Below, in pieces: positions 6,745 through 12,032 of a stretch of 12,032 nt of DNA; positions within the stretch are counted from its first letter, which is position 1, and each line of letters opens with the position of its first letter. The position numbers were made by a program, and so were the translations under genes. The stretch is taken from the NCBI GenBank assembly GCA_963721455.1, contig CAVRJG010000007.1:1-12032 (forward strand), given 5' to 3'. The DNA comes from an uncultured Methanosarcinaceae archaeon. GTDB taxonomy: Archaea; Halobacteriota; Methanosarcinia; Methanosarcinales; Methanosarcinaceae. The notes under the pieces are model-generated. The model did no database searches. It was not told where the DNA came from and saw nothing but the letters and a program-made list of their open reading frames with translations.

Positions 6745-8232
6745 ATGGTCTACGAAAACCCTGAAGGCATAAGGATAGGGCTTGAAATCCATGTCCAGCT
6801 GAACAAACTTAAGACCAAGATGTTCTGCGGCTGCTCTTCAGACTATCATAATGCAGCCCCAAACACTCACACCTGCCCGATCTGCCTGGGCCTTCCAGGG
6901 TCGCTTCCGGTGCTGAATAAAAAAGCAGTGGAAGCTGCAATTAAGGTGGGACTTGCCCTTGAAGGAGAAATTGCAGAAGAGACTCAGTTCCACAGGAAGA
7001 ACTATTTCTACCCTGACCTCCCCAAAGGTTTCCAGGTCACCCAGTACGACTTTCCCATAGTAGGCAAGGGAAAAGTCGTGATCGAAGGAGAAGACGGGGA
7101 ACATACTGTAGGGATCACAAGAGCTCATATGGAAGAAGACCCTGGCAAGCTTGTGCATATAGGGAGCATCGAAAAGTCCAAAGGCGTCCTTATAGACTAT
7201 AACAGGTCAGGCATGCCCCTGATTGAAACCGTTACAGAGCCCGATATGCGCAGCCCCAAGGAAGCCAGACGGTTCCTTGACAAGTTCAGGAACATCCTCG
7301 AATACCTGGATGTATTTGACGGCAACCTGGAAGGAGCGATGCGTGTGGATGCAAACGTTTCTGTTCACTGGGGCACACGTGTTGAGATCAAAAATATCTC
7401 CTCCCATAAAGGAGTCGAAAGAGCTCTGCTCTACGAGATTATGCGCCAGAAGAACGTGATCCGCCGCGGTGGCAAAATAACGCTGGAGACCCGCCACTTC
7501 GATGAGGGGAGGGGCGTAACAATCTCCATGAGGACAAAAGAAGAAGCTGAAGATTACCGTTACTTCCGCGAACCGGACCTCATGCCCATGCGCGTTACCG
7601 ACTGGATTCCTGCGATTAAGGAGACTCTGCCTGAACTTCCTGATGCCAAACGTGCCCGTTTCATTGAACAGTACGGCATTACGGATATGCATGCAAAGTC
7701 CCTCACGTCCAAGATCATGCTTGCCGACTTCTATGAAGGAGTCTGTGCAAAAGGCCTTGACCCGAAGATTGCTGCTACCTGGACTGCCGACGTCTTCCTG
7801 GGAGAGTTAAATTATCGTGACCTTGCAATCTCTTCCTATGACGGGAAGAAGATTGGCTTCATCCATACAAAAGACCCGGAAATAGAGAACTCCTTTAAGG
7901 TCTCAGATATGGTGGAACTGGTTAACCTCTTTGCCGAAGGTAAAGTCAGTGACAGGGTTGCAGTTGAAGTTATCCGAACTATCCTGGACGGCAATGAAGA
8001 AAAGTCCCCATCCCGGATTATAGAAGAAAAGGGCCTCTTCAAAGCCGAAGACGACCTGGTAACTAAGGCTGTTGCCGAAACAATCGCCGAAAACGCAGCC
8101 GCAGTGCAGGACTATCTTGGAGGCGCAGAGAAATCCCTTAACTTCCTGGTTGGACAGGTCATGAAAAAGACAAAAGGTACGGCAGATGCGAAGACCGCAC
8201 GCGAACTGATAGTAAAGGAACTTAAAGGGTAA
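6745..8232 (+). CDS. gatB: Asp-tRNA(Asn)/Glu-tRNA(Gln) amidotransferase subunit B
   Basis: IGLEIHVQL, RKNYFYPDLPK, HMEEDPGK, DYNRSGMPLIE, DYRYFREPDL, FLVGQVMK. Abuts the gatA stop (TAAATG) with SD AGGAGGTG at 6731-6738. Confidence 0.98.
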   Translation: MVYENPEGIRIGLEIHVQLNKLKTKMFCGCSSDYHNAAPNTHTCPICLGLPGSLPVLNKKAVEAAIKVGLALEGEIAEETQFHRKNYFYPDLPKGFQVTQYDFPIVGKGKVVIEGEDGEHTVGITRAHMEEDPGKLVHIGSIEKSKGVLIDYNRSGMPLIETVTEPDMRSPKEARRFLDKFRNILEYLDVFDGNLEGAMRVDANVSVHWGTRVEIKNISSHKGVERALLYEIMRQKNVIRRGGKITLETRHFDEGRGVTISMRTKEEAEDYRYFREPDLMPMRVTDWIPAIKETLPELPDAKRARFIEQYGITDMHAKSLTSKIMLADFYEGVCAKGLDPKIAATWTADVFLGELNYRDLAISSYDGKKIGFIHTKDPEIENSFKVSDMVELVNLFAEGKVSDRVAVEVIRTILDGNEEKSPSRIIEEKGLFKAEDDLVTKAVAETIAENAAAVQDYLGGAEKSLNFLVGQVMKKTKGTADAKTARELIVKELKG

Positions 8233-8290
8233 CCCGATAGGGTTCACCTTTTTTCAATTTTCTTTTTAAGTGATTTTGCCTTTTTTAATT
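8231..8290 (+). terminator. gatCAB terminator (short hairpin plus T runs)
   Basis: AACCC-gata-GGGTT (8231-8244) followed by CCTTTTTT and further T5-T6 runs. Convergent with the hydrolase gene. Confidence 0.65.
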
Positions 8291-8393
8291 ATTTTGTCAA
8301 TTAAATTTTTATTTGGCTTATTTTTCAGTCCGATTTTTCAATTCGTCTTCTAACGCAGTTGTTTTCTAAATGTGGCTTTAACTCAATCCTAAA

Positions 8394-9203
8394 TTAATAA
8401 AGTTCAGGTCTGCGATCTTCGAGAATTGAGCCAGTTTGCCTGATTTCCTTTGCCTCGTCGAGATCGATTTCCCCGAGGAGAACACATTCTTCCTTTCCGG
8501 CTTCTGCCAGAATTCGGCCCCAGCCATCTGCAATAAAAGAGCTGCCCGGATAAGTCGAATACCTATCTTTCCCAACCCTGTTGCAGGCGATATGCGGCAG
8601 CTGGTTTTCAAGCGCTCGGGAAATGGACATAATGCGCCAGGGATATATATAAAAGTCAGGCATGTCGGCAGCCGAAACCAGAAGATCTGCTCCTTCAAGG
8701 GCAAGTTTTCGGGAAACTTCCGGATACCGGAATTCGTTACAGACCATGAGCCCTATGGAAAGTCCATATTTTTGCAGCCGAATAGGATGTATCTGGTCTC
8801 CAAGTGCAAAATATTCTTTTTCAAGGCCATAAAGCTGGGTTTTTCGATGGGTGCCAACTAGCTTTCCAGATTCGATGCAGAAACCCAGATTGAACTGAGG
8901 AGGAATGTCATTTTCACTACTGATTTCTGAGCTTTCTCTCTGTTCGATCATTGAACCTGCAAGAATACACCCATGTTCCTTTGAAAAATCACATAAAGCT
9001 TCGAGAGTGGGACCGGAAGCAGTTTCAGCCACCTCCCTTATGCGGTCATAACAAAAACCTGTTGAGAAAACTTCCGGAAAGACAAGTAACTCAGCTTCTT
9101 TTGAGACCGCTTCTTCTGCCAGGAAGAGGGCACGTTCAAGGTTTTCATGCTTTGAGCAAAGGGAGATATTCATCTGGATGCAGGCGGCTTTCATGGTTGT
9201 CAC
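8394..9203 (-). CDS. Carbon-nitrogen hydrolase (nitrilase superfamily, omega-amidase-like)
   Basis: Glu-Lys-Cys triad in LVFPEVF, HRKTQL and VCNEFRYPE, plus RALENQ and CNRVG. Start is GTG 9203 or ATG 9194. Confidence 0.93.
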   Translation of the reverse strand: MTTMKAACIQMNISLCSKHENLERALFLAEEAVSKEAELLVFPEVFSTGFCYDRIREVAETASGPTLEALCDFSKEHGCILAGSMIEQRESSEISSENDIPPQFNLGFCIESGKLVGTHRKTQLYGLEKEYFALGDQIHPIRLQKYGLSIGLMVCNEFRYPEVSRKLALEGADLLVSAADMPDFYIYPWRIMSISRALENQLPHIACNRVGKDRYSTYPGSSFIADGWGRILAEAGKEECVLLGEIDLDEAKEIRQTGSILEDRRPELY

Positions 9204-9440
9204 TCTTTCCTTGCACGACGTATAAGTCGCCCTACTTCATAAAGTTACTCCAGTCATATTTTAGAGAGGAATTCCGGGTCGAGTTTCAGAGTATTTCTGA
9301 GGTAAAAATAAGATAGCCTTTTACAGGCAAAATATAAGACATGTGAATTTCAAAATAGATTTGAAGTGAAATAACTGCCTGCAAAAGAAAAATCTGGACT
9401 ATCAATCACCGCAAAGGAAGGGATCATCACGGAAAAGCCG

Positions 9441-9962
9441 ATGTCTGACTTTCAATTTCATGCAATCACGCTTATGTTCAGGTTCAGGGATTTCTTTTTT
9501 CCCCGCAGAAGGGTCCTGGAAGAAGCCGGAATAAAACCCGGTTTCAGGGTTCTGGATTATGGCTGCGGCTCGGGGTCCTATATTCCTGATACCTCCGAAA
9601 TGGTTGGCCCTTCAGGGAAGGTCTATGCCCTTGATATCAATCCGGTTGCGCTTGAAATGGTCAGGAGCCTGGCATCCATAAGACACCTGACAAACATAGA
9701 AACTATCCTTTCTGATTACGATACAGGTCTTCCCGACGCAAGCCTTGATGCAGTCCTTTTCTATGATACGTACCATACCCTTAACAAACCGGAAGTTGTC
9801 TTGAGAGAACTTCACCGCGTCTTGAAAACTGACGGCATCCTGTCTTTTAGTGACCACCATAGGAGAGAGGATGAAATAATTGAGAAGGTAACCCGAAAAA
9901 GGCTTTTCAGGCTGAAAAAGAAAGGAAAAAGAACATATTTGTTTAGAAAGAACGGAAATTAA
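9441..9962 (+). CDS. Class I SAM-dependent methyltransferase (UbiE/Methyltransf_11-like)
   Basis: Motif I VLDYGCGSG, VYALDIN, LPDASLDAV, LRELHRVLKTDG. Confidence 0.9.
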   Translation: MSDFQFHAITLMFRFRDFFFPRRRVLEEAGIKPGFRVLDYGCGSGSYIPDTSEMVGPSGKVYALDINPVALEMVRSLASIRHLTNIETILSDYDTGLPDASLDAVLFYDTYHTLNKPEVVLRELHRVLKTDGILSFSDHHRREDEIIEKVTRKRLFRLKKKGKRTYLFRKNGN

Positions 9963-10095
9963 TTCCGATGCAAGTGTTTGCCTGCATTTTATGTTTGAGC
10001 TTATCCCAAAACCAATTTTATTTTCATACCAATAAGAAATTTAGAACCAGTCTCGTAATCGGAAATCAATTGACCATCGAATTTAGATTCGGACT

Positions 10096-11540
10096 CATTG
10101 GTCATCGGTTAAGAACTTACTTCAATCTACCAATAGTGTTTTTCAGTTCATCTTTTCATTCTAACCATTCTTCTCTGAACCTTTCTCTGTTTACATGTGG
10201 ATCCAATGCTTGACTTTCGTACACACTCATCACTGTTTCAAAAGTTCTTTCAATTCCACATCTATGCAGAATCACTGTCAATAAATCTGATGCATTTTCA
10301 GCAAATATTATGCTCCATCTCTCTTGAGTATATCGAACCATTTTTTCAGGATGAGCCGTATTGTTCTTTACAAGAGAATAAATTCTTCTGCTAACGATTA
10401 ATGTCAACATTGCTGTCCAGATTAGAGCTTCAATTACCTGCTCATTCTTTGTATCCAGAACGTCAAGCGCGTATTTGCTTTTTAACTCCTTGAAAAGCAG
10501 CTCTATGTCCCATCTTGCTCCATATAATTTTGCAATGTCTTTTGCATTCAAAACATCTTTCTGAATATTTGTGATGTATATGTGGTGCTTTTCATCTTCA
10601 TCATTATATACCGCAACAAGACGTACACACATCTCATCCTGTTTTTGCTTGCCTTTGTATGCTCTTCTTTTAAACTTTATTTTCACAACAGCATCAAGAT
10701 CTTTTCCTGAAAGTTGCTTAATACACTCACTAACAGGTTTTCCAGCGAACTCTTTGCTTTTTGTCTTAGAAAGTCCCTCTTCAACAGAAACAAGAATAGG
10801 ATCCATATTCTTCCTAATTCTTGAAACAAAATATCCTCCGTTTTCCTCAACTCTTGTAAACATTTGAGTTTTATAAAAACCAAGATCAACAAGAAGAATA
10901 CGGTCTTTGATCCAGGAACCAATTTTCAATGTTTTGATCTCAGCTGTTTTTTCAGAGTACAGAGCAACTGTTTTAGGTCCATTAGCAACTGCACTTACCA
11001 TAACTCCCACTTTTACTCCAGCAGCTACTGTTCTTGCTCTTGCTGCTGGAAACTTGTCTGATAAAGAGGAGTGAAGACGAACAATTGTGCTGTCCTGAAT
11101 GAGAACATCCTGGAAGTTTTCGAGTTTTTTGCTAAGTTTTCTACCAGGTTCTTTTGCAAGCTCTTCTATGCCGTGAATAACACACTGATGAAGAAACTCA
11201 ACAAGTTCTGGAGTGAATCTATAGTACCAGCTGCTGTCGCTTAGGGTCTTATTTGATTCTTTTTCATAGTCTCTTTTCAAACTGGCAAGTGTACGCTGCA
11301 AGCGTACACCAAAACTGAGAGTTAAAACCCAAAAGATGATGACAGGGTCAATTTTACGCTCACGTACTATGAGACCAGTTTCTTTGGCAGTTTGCCTTAA
11401 CCACTCTTCGGGAAACATTTCCCGAAGAGAGTCTTCTAGAGTAGGTGGGGGAAGAGGAGACATAGACACACTAATATTTAGAGTATTAATATAAAAACAC
11501 ATACAGAAGTGATTGTCTAATGCTTAACCGATGACGCATG
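10096..11540 (-). mobile_element. Complete IS4-family insertion sequence (ISH8-like group), 1445 bp
   Basis: Terminal inverted repeats CATTGGTCATCGGTTAAG (10096-10113) and CATGCGTCATCGGTTAAG (reverse complement of 11523-11540), 16/18 identical, both starting CAT. Flanked by the exact 10-bp direct repeat GATTCGGACT at 10086-10095 and 11541-11550. Confidence 0.95.
10156..11463 (-). CDS. IS4-family DDE transposase
   Basis: Catalytic motifs LIQDST, LVDLGF and the IS4 YREK signature YGARWDIELLFKELK. Uninterrupted frame. ATG 11463 (MSPLPPP) is the more likely start than 11502. Confidence 0.95.
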   Translation of the reverse strand: MSPLPPPTLEDSLREMFPEEWLRQTAKETGLIVRERKIDPVIIFWVLTLSFGVRLQRTLASLKRDYEKESNKTLSDSSWYYRFTPELVEFLHQCVIHGIEELAKEPGRKLSKKLENFQDVLIQDSTIVRLHSSLSDKFPAARARTVAAGVKVGVMVSAVANGPKTVALYSEKTAEIKTLKIGSWIKDRILLVDLGFYKTQMFTRVEENGGYFVSRIRKNMDPILVSVEEGLSKTKSKEFAGKPVSECIKQLSGKDLDAVVKIKFKRRAYKGKQKQDEMCVRLVAVYNDEDEKHHIYITNIQKDVLNAKDIAKLYGARWDIELLFKELKSKYALDVLDTKNEQVIEALIWTAMLTLIVSRRIYSLVKNNTAHPEKMVRYTQERWSIIFAENASDLLTVILHRCGIERTFETVMSVYESQALDPHVNRERFREEWLE

Positions 11541-11703
11541 GATTCGGACTTAATCTTCAGTTTTGGGATCAGCTCTTCTTATAAAAAAGTTTAATATCAT
11601 AAACATTCAACTATACATTTATAGATAATTTAGATAGGGGATTTGCTTATGGGTGTTGATTTGTTATCTCTCTTCCCATGATGTTTTGCGCTGTATATCA
11701 TGT

Positions 11704-12032
11704 ATGACTTTTTTATTTGTGTTGAATTCTGAAAACAAATCTGTATTGCGGTATTTTGTTTATATAATCGGATTAATCGGAGTGATTTACTATTCCGTTA
11801 AATCGTTTACAGTTATTCCCCAAACAACAGATGGAATATTTCGATATACAGTACTTGGTATACTTCTTGGAATCACAATTGTGATTAATGTTTTGTCTCT
11901 AGTAGTCGATTACAAATATAGTTCTAATGATAAATCTCTAAGTAGTTACTATTTAATAAGTGTAATTGGTGGATCTGTTGTACTTCTATTGACGAGTTAT
12001 TGTTTCTATAAAGCAGTATCATTCATTCCGAG
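11704..12032 (+). CDS. Hypothetical membrane protein, runs off the window end; start uncertain
   Basis: My translation: MTFLFVLNSENKSVLRYFVYIIGLIGVIYYSVKSFTVIPQTTDGIFRYTVLGILLGITIVINVLSLVVDYKYSSNDKSLSSYYLISVIGGSVVLLLTSYCFYKAVSFIP. No stop from 11638 to the end despite AT richness, with three long hydrophobic segments. Confidence 0.65.
   Translation, partial: MTFLFVLNSENKSVLRYFVYIIGLIGVIYYSVKSFTVIPQTTDGIFRYTVLGILLGITIVINVLSLVVDYKYSSNDKSLSSYYLISVIGGSVVLLLTSYCFYKAVSFIP

Noticed and set aside
9968-10213. 81-aa ORF after the methyltransferase
   Set aside because: It crosses the IS end, so it is a chance fusion of intergenic and IS sequence.
1-12032. Pyrrolysine (TAG) read-through, expected to be possible in Methanosarcina
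   Set aside because: All called genes with a stop in the window end in TAA or TGA. The TAG at 11635-11637 upstream of the last ORF is preceded by an in-frame TAA at 11626, so read-through adds nothing.

Overview
Archaeal methanogen DNA, very likely Methanosarcina (gene content, GGAGG/GAGGTGA ribosome-binding sites, TATA-type promoters, U-rich terminators). The left three quarters is mostly core genome: 5'-truncated mptA (GTP cyclohydrolase IV), a small DUF2098-like protein ending in Gly-Gly, methanogenesis marker protein 14, a stand-alone FrhB/FpoF-like flavoprotein with an N-terminal YHS/TRASH metal-binding domain, the gatCAB operon, a carbon-nitrogen hydrolase and a class I SAM methyltransferase. 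The right end holds a complete IS4-family (ISH8-like) element at 10096-11540 with 18-bp inverted repeats and a perfect 10-bp target duplication, followed by an AT-rich membrane-protein ORF that runs off the window and is missing from the ORF track. The most interesting items are the orphan YHS-ferredoxin-FrhB fusion with its repeat-rich upstream region, the reactivase-like ATPase motifs of marker 14, and the di-glycine-tailed small protein. I see no CRISPR array, RNA gene or clearly new multi-gene system. Family assignments come from motif recognition, not database searches.
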